Of a stretch of DNA of 64,000 nucleotides, positions 29,694-38,805 are shown piece by piece (position 1 is the stretch's first letter; each line of letters begins with the position of its first letter). Source of the stretch: a virus; the IMG/VR virus record IMGVR_UViG_3300028822_000274, positions 39,714 to 103,713 of that record; one strand, given 5' to 3'. The notes beneath the pieces are model-generated. The model saw only the letters and a program-made list of their open reading frames with translations. It had not been told where the DNA came from and did not search any database. The translations under genes were made by a program, and so were the position numbers.

Positions 29694-30687
29694 AAAAGAG
29701 ATACTGATGGTTCTCGATGCCATTGGAGCAGAGAACATTCAAGAAGGATCGAGAAATATTCAGTGTTCTTGTTTTTTGGCACCGTGGAGAAAAGGCCACA
29801 GATCTGGGACTGATTCTCGTCCTTCAATGGGGATACTGATCAATGATCATGGTGAGTCGAAGATCCATTGTTTTGCCTGTGAGTATGGGGGAACTCTAAA
29901 AGACGCAGTCGCAGAGCTGAACAAAAGGTCTGACGATGATTTTTCTGATATTGTCAGCCTGGTAGATGACTACGACAATATCGATCCTATTCTCCTCGTA
30001 TCCACTATTCCAGACTACGATTATTACGAACCTAAAAAACAGGAGATCACATTCGGAGAAGAAGTACTCGATGACATCAGGGGCAAGGCTCACAAATATC
30101 TTATTGACCGTGGATTTGAGCTAGAGACTCTAAAAGAATGGGAATCATGTTTTGATAAAAAATATATGCGTGCTGTTTTCCCTGTACGAAATAAGTATAG
30201 TAAGATTGTTGGTACAGTAGGAAGGACAGTAAACAACCATCAGGTAAAGTATTTCAATTACCTTGGCTTCGACAAATCGAAGTATCTTTTTGGCGAAAAT
30301 AAAATAAAAAATGGTACTTCCCTTGTTGTCGTAGAAGGACTCCTCGATACAGTGAAACTTTGGCAAGGACTTAATGAGGAGGGGTTGATAGACAAATACT
30401 CTGTTGTTGGCTTGCTTGGATCGGAGCCATCAATTGTTCAATGTAATAAGATAAGAGGGTTTGCAAACGAAGTCATACTATTTTTTGACAACGACAAGGC
30501 TGGTGATTTAGGGCAGAAAAAACTTGCTAGACATATACAGAAGCAGGTGCTATTAAGATCCGTAGATTATGTAGAAGGCATAGGAGGCGACCCTGATGAA
30601 GTAGTGAATTCTGGCTACCCTTTAGAAAAGTTGATTGAAGACTCAAAACTGATTGTTGCAAAACGCGACAACGATGATTGGAGGTAA
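29686..30687 (+). CDS. dnaG: DNA primase (Zn finger + TOPRIM)
   Basis: C..PW..GH..TD..PS, HCFAC, VVVEGLLD, FFDNDKAG, DPD. Confidence 0.9.
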   Translation: MNKKEILMVLDAIGAENIQEGSRNIQCSCFLAPWRKGHRSGTDSRPSMGILINDHGESKIHCFACEYGGTLKDAVAELNKRSDDDFSDIVSLVDDYDNIDPILLVSTIPDYDYYEPKKQEITFGEEVLDDIRGKAHKYLIDRGFELETLKEWESCFDKKYMRAVFPVRNKYSKIVGTVGRTVNNHQVKYFNYLGFDKSKYLFGENKIKNGTSLVVVEGLLDTVKLWQGLNEEGLIDKYSVVGLLGSEPSIVQCNKIRGFANEVILFFDNDKAGDLGQKKLARHIQKQVLLRSVDYVEGIGGDPDEVVNSGYPLEKLIEDSKLIVAKRDNDDWR

Positions 30688-30689
30688 AA

Positions 30690-31277
30690 ATGAGAGTGTT
30701 TATCTGTTTGTTGGTCTTCATGGCGTTTAACCTGACTGCGTTTGCAGAACTTTCAAATGAGACAGACACGAAAACCAAAGTTAGTGAAAAAACGAAAGCA
30801 CAAATGGTGAGTCAGATTGACAGGACCATTCATCATCTCATGAGGAAGGCTCCCGCAAGAAAAATAGTCAGAGATGACGAGTATCGCCGTGAGGTTGCGG
30901 TTGACATCGTCGATGTCGCATTAAAATACGGGATACCAATTCATCTGTTCAATGTAGTTATTTTTCAGGAATCTTCGTTCAGAATGGATGCCCTTGGTGC
31001 CAAAGAAGAAAAAGGTCTTGGCCAGGTTATGAATCCCAATAAATATGGGTGTGACATGTCTACTCGTTTCGGACAACTGGAATGTTCTGCTGCATATTTG
31101 CAGCGTGGGCATAGAAAATGCGGCAACTGGACTGGTGCTCTCTCTCATTATCAGTCTAGCACTGGTGCGTGCGTACCGGAAGAAGGGACTCGCCACGACC
31201 GCATGGTTTCGTTCAGGATGTTTCGGTGGATCAAACTCAGAAGAAAATATCCTTTTCCAGTTGACAAAAACATTTAG
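30690..31277 (+). CDS. Lytic transglycosylase (SLT) with signal peptide
   Basis: Signal peptide; QESSF catalytic Glu; GLGQV; ALSHY. Confidence 0.8.
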   Translation: MRVFICLLVFMAFNLTAFAELSNETDTKTKVSEKTKAQMVSQIDRTIHHLMRKAPARKIVRDDEYRREVAVDIVDVALKYGIPIHLFNVVIFQESSFRMDALGAKEEKGLGQVMNPNKYGCDMSTRFGQLECSAAYLQRGHRKCGNWTGALSHYQSSTGACVPEEGTRHDRMVSFRMFRWIKLRRKYPFPVDKNI

Positions 31278-31288
31278 TCTGTTACTCT
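31261..31288 (+). promoter_or_regulatory. sigma70-type promoter
   Basis: TTGACA-N16-TACTCT with TG extension. Confidence 0.7.
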
Positions 31289-31374
31289 TTATTTCTCTGG
31301 CAGCCAAAAAATAAAAACTTGGCGGTGATCAACTCACAACAAGACGTTAATTGACGTCAACAAAGGAGACAACT

Positions 31375-32037
31375 ATGTCTAAAAAATCCTGGTTTAACAC
31401 TGGCAAAAGCGCGGATGAAGCTCTCGACACTGAGCTTGAGAATCAAGAACAGCGCAGGAAAGCTGCGACTGGTGACAGGATCTACAGATTCTGGATGCCA
31501 CCAGGTGGAGAGCAGCACGTGACTTTTGTGGACGGCGAGATGCACCCTGATGGCTATCCTCTCCCGTTCGTGTTCTACGAGCACCAGTTGAAGATGAACG
31601 GTTCGTGGAAGAATTGGTTCACATGCCCAGGTGATGATTGCCCTCTGTGTGACGCCGGAAATCGTCCGTCGTTGGTCGCAGCGTATACCGTGATCGATCA
31701 TAACGAATGGACAGACAAGAGGGGTAACGTCCACAAAGACGAACTGAAGCTCTTCATGGCCAAGCCATCTGTCAACAAGATTCTGAGAAAAATGGCCAAG
31801 AAAAAGGGCGGCCTCAGAGGAGGTAAGGTAGAAGTCATACGTGGTACCAGCGAGGATCCGAGCACTGGGAAGCAATTCGATTTCGAGGAAAAGGTTGATT
31901 TGCCCGATACGATTCAACCTGCCGATTACATGGAGCTGTTCCAGCCGAAATCGAAATCAGAACTCGCTGCCGTCCACGGTGGAGGTGAGACTGATGATAG
32001 CTATGTCGGGGCAGATGACGAGACCGTGAAATTCTGA
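31375..32037 (+). CDS. Single-stranded DNA-binding protein (gp32-like)
   Basis: H...C....CPLC Zn motif; acidic tail ending DDETVKF; between primase and polymerase. Confidence 0.75.
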   Translation: MSKKSWFNTGKSADEALDTELENQEQRRKAATGDRIYRFWMPPGGEQHVTFVDGEMHPDGYPLPFVFYEHQLKMNGSWKNWFTCPGDDCPLCDAGNRPSLVAAYTVIDHNEWTDKRGNVHKDELKLFMAKPSVNKILRKMAKKKGGLRGGKVEVIRGTSEDPSTGKQFDFEEKVDLPDTIQPADYMELFQPKSKSELAAVHGGGETDDSYVGADDETVKF

Positions 32038-32050
32038 TCCAAGAGGTACC

Positions 32051-34009
32051 ATGCAGCTTCTAACTGTCACATCACATGATTTTCGTGCCCTGCGAGAAAA
32101 GTTCTTGAGTGTTAAACGTTACGGTTTGGACTTTGAAGCGTTCACCGAAAGCGATTACAAAGAAGGCGCTCTTGAACATGACTTGTTGGAAGTTCTTGGT
32201 ATCGGCTTTGCGTTTGAAGACGGAGACAAGACCTATATCCCATTGCGTCATTCATATGGAGATAATGCTTCTATTGATGACGCAATGGGACTTTTGTCAG
32301 GTGTCCTCAATGATCCTGATTTAGAGATGTGGGCGCACAATCTAAAATACGAATACATGGTCTGTAGGACACTCGGAATAACTCCAAAAAATAAACTCCG
32401 CTGCTCGATGATAGCTCAATGGCTACTAGGGAAAAAGCTACCAGCTGGTGGAGGATTAAAACTCAAGGCCGCTGCAAAAGAATTTTTAGGTCACACGATG
32501 ACAACCTGGGAACAGGTAGTCCCGAAACGAACAAAAGCCGAGCATGTACTACCTCATATCATGGGTGCATATTGTGCTGATGACGCTTTACAGTGTTTGC
32601 GTCTTGGAATGAAGTTCGTCCCAGAATTAGAAAAGCTCAAATTGATGGATGTGTTTACAAGGCTTGAGATGCAGTTTCTTCCTGTACTTGTTCACATGAA
32701 GGAAAACGGTTTTGAGCTTGACATGTCTCGTCTCATCCAGCTACATAAGGAATTCTCTGTGGAAATGAAGGGGTATGCCGACGAGTTCGAAAGACTTACA
32801 GGGGTTGGCATATCGAAAAATAAGCAAATAGCAGAGATGATGTACGAGACAAAGAAATGGTGGCCTTGTAAGGGATTCAAAAAAGGTAAAAGTGGTAATT
32901 ATTCCATAGATAAAAACCACCTTGAGGCCTTAGAGAAAAATCTGACAGATGGCGCTCCGCTGAAAGCATTGAAGCTAAAAAAGAACTACCAAAAAATTGC
33001 GACAAACAACTCCACGTTTACGGTTTCGCTTGTAGATAAAGCAGCTATACATCCCGACAAACGTCTTCGAGGCGATTTCCAACAAACCGGCACTGAGACA
33101 GGAAGGCTGTCATCAAGCAAACCGAATCTTCAGAATATTCCTTCCAGGACAGAGGCTGGTCGAAAGATTCGCGAGGCCTTCATAGCGGCACCTGGATGGT
33201 ATCTGTGTGACGCTGACTATTCACAGGCTGAACTTGTTTTGATGGCTCACTTATCCAGGGATCCAATGCTTCTCAAGGCGTATTTAAAAAATATCGATCT
33301 GCATCAACAAACTGCAGATTTTGCAACAATAGAGTGTGGTTTTGAAGTTGAACGTGACATCGGAAAAGTACTAAATCTTGGATTGATTTATGAGATGCAG
33401 CCTGTGACTCTGATGAACAATCTGAAGTGCACTATAGAAGTTGCTGAGCAGCTCTACAAGGCATTCCACAGGATTTATCCATACGTAGGCAAGTACCACG
33501 ATAGGATGCATGCATACGCCAGGAAGCACGGGTTTGTCAGGACTCTTACTGGACGCATCAGATTGATACCTGACATCAACTCCAAAAACTTCGGCAAAAG
33601 GGCTTTTGCTGAACGCGCTGCAGTCAACACACCAGACCAAGGTTCTGCTGCAGACATCGTTAAAATAGCGATGCGCAATCTCTATCAGGATTGGTTTAAT
33701 CGAGGTGTTTTGTTTGACTACTACACCGGGGAAGGCAAAGCCAAACTCCTTTCTTCTGTTCATGACGAAGTCATCTGTGAGCTTAGAGAAGACTTTGTCG
33801 AGGAAGGAATGAGGGACATGAAACGGCACATGGAAACGTGTGTTGAGCTTCGTGCTCCAATGTTGGCACAGCCAGGGGTTGGTAAAAACTGGACTGAGGC
33901 TAAAAACGACGGTAAGCGCCGCGAAAAACTTGTGGCGAAAGCAATGGCGTCTGACGACGAAGGTGTAAGGAAGTCACTTCTGGAAGAGTCAATGAGGTTC
34001 GTGGCATGA
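32051..34009 (+). CDS. polA: Family A DNA polymerase with 3'-5' exonuclease
   Basis: LDFEA, HNLKYE, YCADD exo motifs; TETGRLSSSKPNLQNIP; DYSQAEL; R...K..NLG..Y; VHDE. Confidence 0.95.
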   Translation: MQLLTVTSHDFRALREKFLSVKRYGLDFEAFTESDYKEGALEHDLLEVLGIGFAFEDGDKTYIPLRHSYGDNASIDDAMGLLSGVLNDPDLEMWAHNLKYEYMVCRTLGITPKNKLRCSMIAQWLLGKKLPAGGGLKLKAAAKEFLGHTMTTWEQVVPKRTKAEHVLPHIMGAYCADDALQCLRLGMKFVPELEKLKLMDVFTRLEMQFLPVLVHMKENGFELDMSRLIQLHKEFSVEMKGYADEFERLTGVGISKNKQIAEMMYETKKWWPCKGFKKGKSGNYSIDKNHLEALEKNLTDGAPLKALKLKKNYQKIATNNSTFTVSLVDKAAIHPDKRLRGDFQQTGTETGRLSSSKPNLQNIPSRTEAGRKIREAFIAAPGWYLCDADYSQAELVLMAHLSRDPMLLKAYLKNIDLHQQTADFATIECGFEVERDIGKVLNLGLIYEMQPVTLMNNLKCTIEVAEQLYKAFHRIYPYVGKYHDRMHAYARKHGFVRTLTGRIRLIPDINSKNFGKRAFAERAAVNTPDQGSAADIVKIAMRNLYQDWFNRGVLFDYYTGEGKAKLLSSVHDEVICELREDFVEEGMRDMKRHMETCVELRAPMLAQPGVGKNWTEAKNDGKRREKLVAKAMASDDEGVRKSLLEESMRFVA

Positions 34010-35370
34010 GTGGAATTATTTTAGAAGGTGACGTTCGAATTCCTTACTCAGCTATTGTCGACACTGGAAACCTTGAAATGCTCAAGCAGAAGTACACAGT
34101 ATCTTCTTTTTTCAAGGGTGACTTCGAGATGTTCTCTGATGATCCTGAGTCAAATTACATCAGTTTTCCTCGGAGTGTGTTGTCTGACATAGGAGCTTCT
34201 CCTGTCGATAACAGGTCTGAAGGAAGAGCATTAAACAAGCTTTGTTTGTTTGAGCCAAGGGATGGTCAGCTTGATGTTGTAGATAGGGCAGTCAGATCCA
34301 TAGAGGATAATGATAGCGCCATGATTGTTGCTGGATGCGGCACGGGAAAAACGATCATGGGCACGGTTGTCGCAATGAGGACGAACAGGTCTACTTGCAT
34401 CTTGGTCCACAAGGAATTCCTTGCTGCGCAATGGGAGGAAGCCATCCATATGTTGTGCCCAGATGCAACGATAGGACGTATCCAGAGCGACAGATGTGAT
34501 TCTGGCGACGACTTTGATTTTGTGATTGCTGTCACTCAGAGCGTGACGAATCCTAGACGAGAATACCCTGAATCTGTCTACCGTTCTTTCGGTCTCATCG
34601 TAGCAGACGAAGTCCACAGGTATGGAGCCGATGTCTGGCATCAGGCCATCTCTAGGTTTCCTGCAAAACGACGTCTTGCTCTTACTGCAACTCCTCATAG
34701 GATGGATGGTCTTTGGCCAGTTATTGAAGCAAATTTTGGTCCGCACCAAATAGAGCTGAAGGCAAAAACACTGGTGCCGACAATTCAGGTTGTCACTACA
34801 AACTATTCATTCCAGCTCATGAAGCAGAAATGGCTCGATGACATTCACGTCAGGGCAAAAGTTGTGAGCAAGCTTTGCGAGAGTGAAGGAAGGAACGAAA
34901 TTGTAACCCGGGTAGCAAAAAAGGCGTTCGACGCCAACAAAAAGATTCTTGTCATTTCTGAGAGAAGGGCTCAGCTAGACTGGATAAAAGAGCGACTTGG
35001 TGCCTATTTCATTGATGACGTCGGGATGTATGTTGGCGGAAAGAAGATGGGATCACTCGACGAAGCCGCAGAAAAACAGATCGTTCTGACTACTTATCAA
35101 ATGGCAAAAGAAGGCCTGAACATACCGGCACTCGAAGTCTTGATAATGGCTTCCCCTCAAACACAGATCCAACAAACAGTTGGTCGTGTCCTGAGGGAAC
35201 ACAAAAACAAAGGTAAGCCCGTTGTGATCGACTTTGTCGATCCTGCGGTTGAGGTTTTGCAGAAGGGCGTCGACGGGAAAATTGTTTCTTCGCAGCCTTT
35301 GCAGAAGATGTACTTCGCTAGGCAACGTCAGTACAAAAAGCTCGGCTACGATATAGCAAAGAGAGGTTGA
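34006..35370 (+). CDS. SF2 DExH helicase
   Basis: GCGTGKT, DEVH, LTATP.R.DG, EGLNIP, QTVGRVLR. Confidence 0.9.
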   Translation: MSGIILEGDVRIPYSAIVDTGNLEMLKQKYTVSSFFKGDFEMFSDDPESNYISFPRSVLSDIGASPVDNRSEGRALNKLCLFEPRDGQLDVVDRAVRSIEDNDSAMIVAGCGTGKTIMGTVVAMRTNRSTCILVHKEFLAAQWEEAIHMLCPDATIGRIQSDRCDSGDDFDFVIAVTQSVTNPRREYPESVYRSFGLIVADEVHRYGADVWHQAISRFPAKRRLALTATPHRMDGLWPVIEANFGPHQIELKAKTLVPTIQVVTTNYSFQLMKQKWLDDIHVRAKVVSKLCESEGRNEIVTRVAKKAFDANKKILVISERRAQLDWIKERLGAYFIDDVGMYVGGKKMGSLDEAAEKQIVLTTYQMAKEGLNIPALEVLIMASPQTQIQQTVGRVLREHKNKGKPVVIDFVDPAVEVLQKGVDGKIVSSQPLQKMYFARQRQYKKLGYDIAKRG

Positions 35371-35372
35371 TC

Positions 35373-35972
35373 ATGAAAAAAGAATTGGCTTTGACAAAGT
35401 TCGAAAACTTGAGCGATTTGCTCAAAATAAACCCAGAGGATCTCTCTGATGCTGATGCATTGGCCGTTTGGTCTTTGTTTGATGCTATCGAGAAGAAGAT
35501 CGTCAAGGAAAGGAAAAGTACGTTTCGTGAGTATCTGATGGACCTTGCTGTTAAGCACGGAAGGGAAAATGCGAAAGGTTCGTTCGAGTACGATCCTCCT
35601 GGTTCTGACGGAAAGATCACGAAGTCCCTGAGAAGAGCAAAGCCTTCGATAGACTACGAAGCTCTCGAAAAGGCTCTCGACGAATATGGTCTGTTGAAAC
35701 AGGCTAAAAAGGTTTCTGTTGTCATGTCTGAGGAGTCTTTCGAACAGATCAAATCTGCTCTTGATAAGTGCGGAGAAGAAAAACTCAGCAGGACATTTGT
35801 TGGCTCTATTTCTGATGTTGCTGTTCACGATCAGACAGTTGAGGCGCTGATCGCACTAGGAAAATTCCCAATAGACGCCCTTGAGGAAGTTTCCCACGGT
35901 GGCGATGTCACGTACCAGATGCGTGTTAAGGCTCCGTCGATCATTAAAAAGATGCTAGGGGCGAAAGAATAA
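35373..35972 (+). CDS. Hypothetical protein
   Basis: GAGG RBS; coupled to neighbours. Confidence 0.7.
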   Translation: MKKELALTKFENLSDLLKINPEDLSDADALAVWSLFDAIEKKIVKERKSTFREYLMDLAVKHGRENAKGSFEYDPPGSDGKITKSLRRAKPSIDYEALEKALDEYGLLKQAKKVSVVMSEESFEQIKSALDKCGEEKLSRTFVGSISDVAVHDQTVEALIALGKFPIDALEEVSHGGDVTYQMRVKAPSIIKKMLGAKE

Positions 35973-36487
35973 TGGCAGCTGATGCCGCTTATTTTGCGAA
36001 ATATTATGCGGAGCACAGGGAGAAGATGCTCGAAAAGAAAAAGGCTCGTTATCGCGACGATCCTGACTATCGAGCAAGGATACAGGAAAACTCCCGAGCA
36101 CGAAAAAGGGCGTTGGCAGAAGAAAAGAAAAAACTAGGCATAAACAAAAAGAAGAAAGAAAAGCCGATCTGGTTTCGTGTCCAGGTTGGTGACGAAGAAG
36201 TACCGGTGAGGATGTATACTGCAGGGCAGTTGGCAAGAAGGCTCGGACGAAAAACTCAAACAGTTCGTGTGTGGGAAAAGCGAGGGATTATCCCAGAAGC
36301 TATTTACAGGAGCACTTCTAAGGACAGGCTTTACACTGAGCTGCAGGTGAAGTTGATCATCAATGCTTACGATTTGGCAGAGGAGATGTACGGCACGAAT
36401 GCCGTATCGAACCGGATAGGCTCCACTAATTTTTCAGAAAATGTCTGGAAAGTTTGGAAGGACTATCCACTGGGAATTAAAATCTGA
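35972..36487 (+). CDS. MerR-like HTH DNA-binding protein
   Basis: YTAGQLARRLGRKTQTVRVWEKRGIIP...RLYT. Confidence 0.8.
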   Translation: MAADAAYFAKYYAEHREKMLEKKKARYRDDPDYRARIQENSRARKRALAEEKKKLGINKKKKEKPIWFRVQVGDEEVPVRMYTAGQLARRLGRKTQTVRVWEKRGIIPEAIYRSTSKDRLYTELQVKLIINAYDLAEEMYGTNAVSNRIGSTNFSENVWKVWKDYPLGIKI

Positions 36488-36499
36488 AAGGGTTGAAGG

Positions 36500-36808
36500 A
36501 TGACTGACAAAAAAACAAAGAAGATGAGTCTGTTCGCTGAAAAAGGCAAAATGTGGGTTTCGTCTCATTACCAGGGCAATGAGAAGAGCGACCAGAAAGA
36601 TCTGTACATCAGGACGTTTGAGTCTGAGCCTGCTTGGGTTCGTGCCAGTTATGGGTTGACCATAAATTTGGGCAATTATGAGTCCGCAAGGTGTGATGCC
36701 GGTGTCACGTTGCCAGCATACCCTGAGGAGGTTGGCGAAGCTTTCAAGCAAGCCTGGGAGTTGGCTCAAGAGCAGGTCCAAGAGCAGGTCAAGGAAATAA
36801 AGGACTGA
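36500..36808 (+). CDS. Conserved phage protein
   Basis: GLTINLGNYESARCD motif; upstream of recA. Confidence 0.7.
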   Translation: MTDKKTKKMSLFAEKGKMWVSSHYQGNEKSDQKDLYIRTFESEPAWVRASYGLTINLGNYESARCDAGVTLPAYPEEVGEAFKQAWELAQEQVQEQVKEIKD

Positions 36809-36809
36809 C

Positions 36810-37931
36810 ATGGGACTTGACGAAATCATAGCCGGTGTGAACAAGCAGTATGGAAAAGGGACATTACTTCGTGCAAATGAGGCTAAATCTCTCGTGATGT
36901 CCAGAATTCCGACTGGTATTTTTGATCTTGATGTCAAACTTGGTGGGGGGTTGCCGCGTGGAAGAATTACGACTTTGAAGGGTGATTTTTCTACCGGCAA
37001 ATCTGCCATTACGATCAAGACTGCAGGACAGGCTCAACGTCATTGTCGCATTTGCGGGAAGCAGTTTGAGTATGTCGATATGCTAGGAGAGGTTCATTCC
37101 ACGGATTGTTTTTGCGGTAAACGCGAGCCTATGCGTGTTGTGATGCTAGACGCCGAACACTCATTTGATCCGAATTGGGCCGAAAAGTGGGGTGTAGATG
37201 TCGAGAACACTTACGTGATTCAGACTGAATATGCGGAGCAGGCAATCGATGTCGCTGATGCGTGTATTCGATCTCACGAGTGTGATTTTTTGATTGTCGA
37301 CTCGATAGCTGCTCTTACTCCATCTGTGGAGATCGAGGAGTCGGCCGAAAAATGGCAGATGGGTGTCATGGCTAGGCTGATGAATAAGGCCTTGAGGAAA
37401 TGGACCTCTGCGATCAACTCCTACGGCATGGAGTCAAATCAGGCATGTACGATTGCTCTGATTAATCAGATGCGCGTAAACCTCGGAGGCTATCATCCAA
37501 CACCTACTTCTCCAGGTGGGCGAGGCATCGACTTTTTTCAATCAGCAGAAGTAAGATTCAAAAAGGTCGATTACATTACAACGAAGGGCAGCGATAGGCC
37601 GTTAGGGATCGAGGTCGAGTTCGTCGTGAAGAAGAACAAGACATGGCCGATACTCCCTGGGGGCAAATTCAAGATGTATTTTGTTGGCACAAGGGGATCA
37701 TACAGTGTTGGCGACACGAACAACGATGAGCAGGTTTTGAGGGCAGCTGCATACTGGAATCTGGTAGATAAAACTGGCTCTTGGTACACGTTTCCCAATG
37801 GAGAAAAAGCTCAGGGGGATGTGAATGCTGCCAAGATTCTGAGGACAGATCCTGATTTGCTCAGGGACCTCGAAGATCTTGTTAAGGAGCGTGAGCTTTC
37901 TTGGGCTCAAGACCTGAACGACGAAAAGTAG
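36810..37931 (+). CDS. recA: RecA/UvsX recombinase
   Basis: IPTG...LD..LGGGLPRGRI, GDFSTGKS, DAEH, VDSIAAL, ARLM..ALRK, INQMR, PGG, KNK. Confidence 0.95.
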   Translation: MGLDEIIAGVNKQYGKGTLLRANEAKSLVMSRIPTGIFDLDVKLGGGLPRGRITTLKGDFSTGKSAITIKTAGQAQRHCRICGKQFEYVDMLGEVHSTDCFCGKREPMRVVMLDAEHSFDPNWAEKWGVDVENTYVIQTEYAEQAIDVADACIRSHECDFLIVDSIAALTPSVEIEESAEKWQMGVMARLMNKALRKWTSAINSYGMESNQACTIALINQMRVNLGGYHPTPTSPGGRGIDFFQSAEVRFKKVDYITTKGSDRPLGIEVEFVVKKNKTWPILPGGKFKMYFVGTRGSYSVGDTNNDEQVLRAAAYWNLVDKTGSWYTFPNGEKAQGDVNAAKILRTDPDLLRDLEDLVKERELSWAQDLNDEK

Positions 37932-37932
37932 A

Positions 37933-38346
37933 ATGAAAACTCCCAAAGAATTCACACCAAAAAAGCCGAGCCCAAAGATGTGGAACAAAGAAACCCTATC
38001 TCCGAAGAAGAAGTCTCTCAAGAACGAGAAACGTCTATCTGAGGAGGTAGGGTTTCGCCTCACTCCAGGGTCGGGCAATAGAGATTGGCCTGGCATGAAG
38101 GGTGACGGGAGTCATCCAGAATTCATGTTCGAACTCAAGGAGACACAAAAACCATCCATCCGGGTTTCTGAATCAGTTGTCGCGAAGCTTTACCGCGAAG
38201 CCGGTGCCGTAGGCAAAGATCCAGTTTTGGTTTTGTCTGCCTACGGTTTGACAGACCCGCTGCCAAAAGACTGGGTTGTCATTCCGGTCGAAACATTCAG
38301 AAAATTATTAGAATGTGTTGAGGCACAAAATGGCGAAGAAGAATAA
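37933..38346 (+). CDS. PD-(D/E)XK Holliday-junction-resolvase-like nuclease
   Basis: EKR....PGSG....KGD......ELKET. Confidence 0.75.
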   Translation: MKTPKEFTPKKPSPKMWNKETLSPKKKSLKNEKRLSEEVGFRLTPGSGNRDWPGMKGDGSHPEFMFELKETQKPSIRVSESVVAKLYREAGAVGKDPVLVLSAYGLTDPLPKDWVVIPVETFRKLLECVEAQNGEEE

Positions 38347-38728
38347 AAACTGGGGTGAGATTGACACGTGGGGCCCTGAACGTCTCATGGCAAGAATAAA
38401 AGTGCTGTCTCACGAGATCGAAGGTGTCTACGCTGCAAATATCACTGCGAACGTGGATACCTCTGAAAAGTTGGCAGAAAAAGCAGACGAGATGGTCTAT
38501 ATCCTTTTGATGCTGTTCAACTCTGCAAAAGAGAATAAGAATTGGACCGAAGTCTCTGCAATAGACCTATTCACTGGAATATTCTTTCCTTGTAGTGGAT
38601 ATGTTTGGGCTGCTGTATTGTCCAGATTCTGTGAGTCAAAGTCACTGGTCGAGATGTTCAAAAACTCGGGTATGGAAGAGAGAACTGAAATAAAACCAAA
38701 ATTGTTTTCCCGTGGTTTTATTGGTTGA
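38330..38728 (+). CDS. Hypothetical protein
   Basis: GAGG RBS before ATG 38330. Confidence 0.6.
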   Translation: MAKKNKNWGEIDTWGPERLMARIKVLSHEIEGVYAANITANVDTSEKLAEKADEMVYILLMLFNSAKENKNWTEVSAIDLFTGIFFPCSGYVWAAVLSRFCESKSLVEMFKNSGMEERTEIKPKLFSRGFIG

Positions 38729-38752
38729 CAAATAAGGTACACCTGCTACTAT
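38725..38752 (+). promoter_or_regulatory. sigma70-type promoter
   Basis: TTGACA-N16-TACTAT with TG extension. Confidence 0.75.
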
Positions 38753-38805
38753 TTGTCTTGTTAGATACATACCATTGACATGGCAGTAGACAGTTAGGAG
38801 ACATC

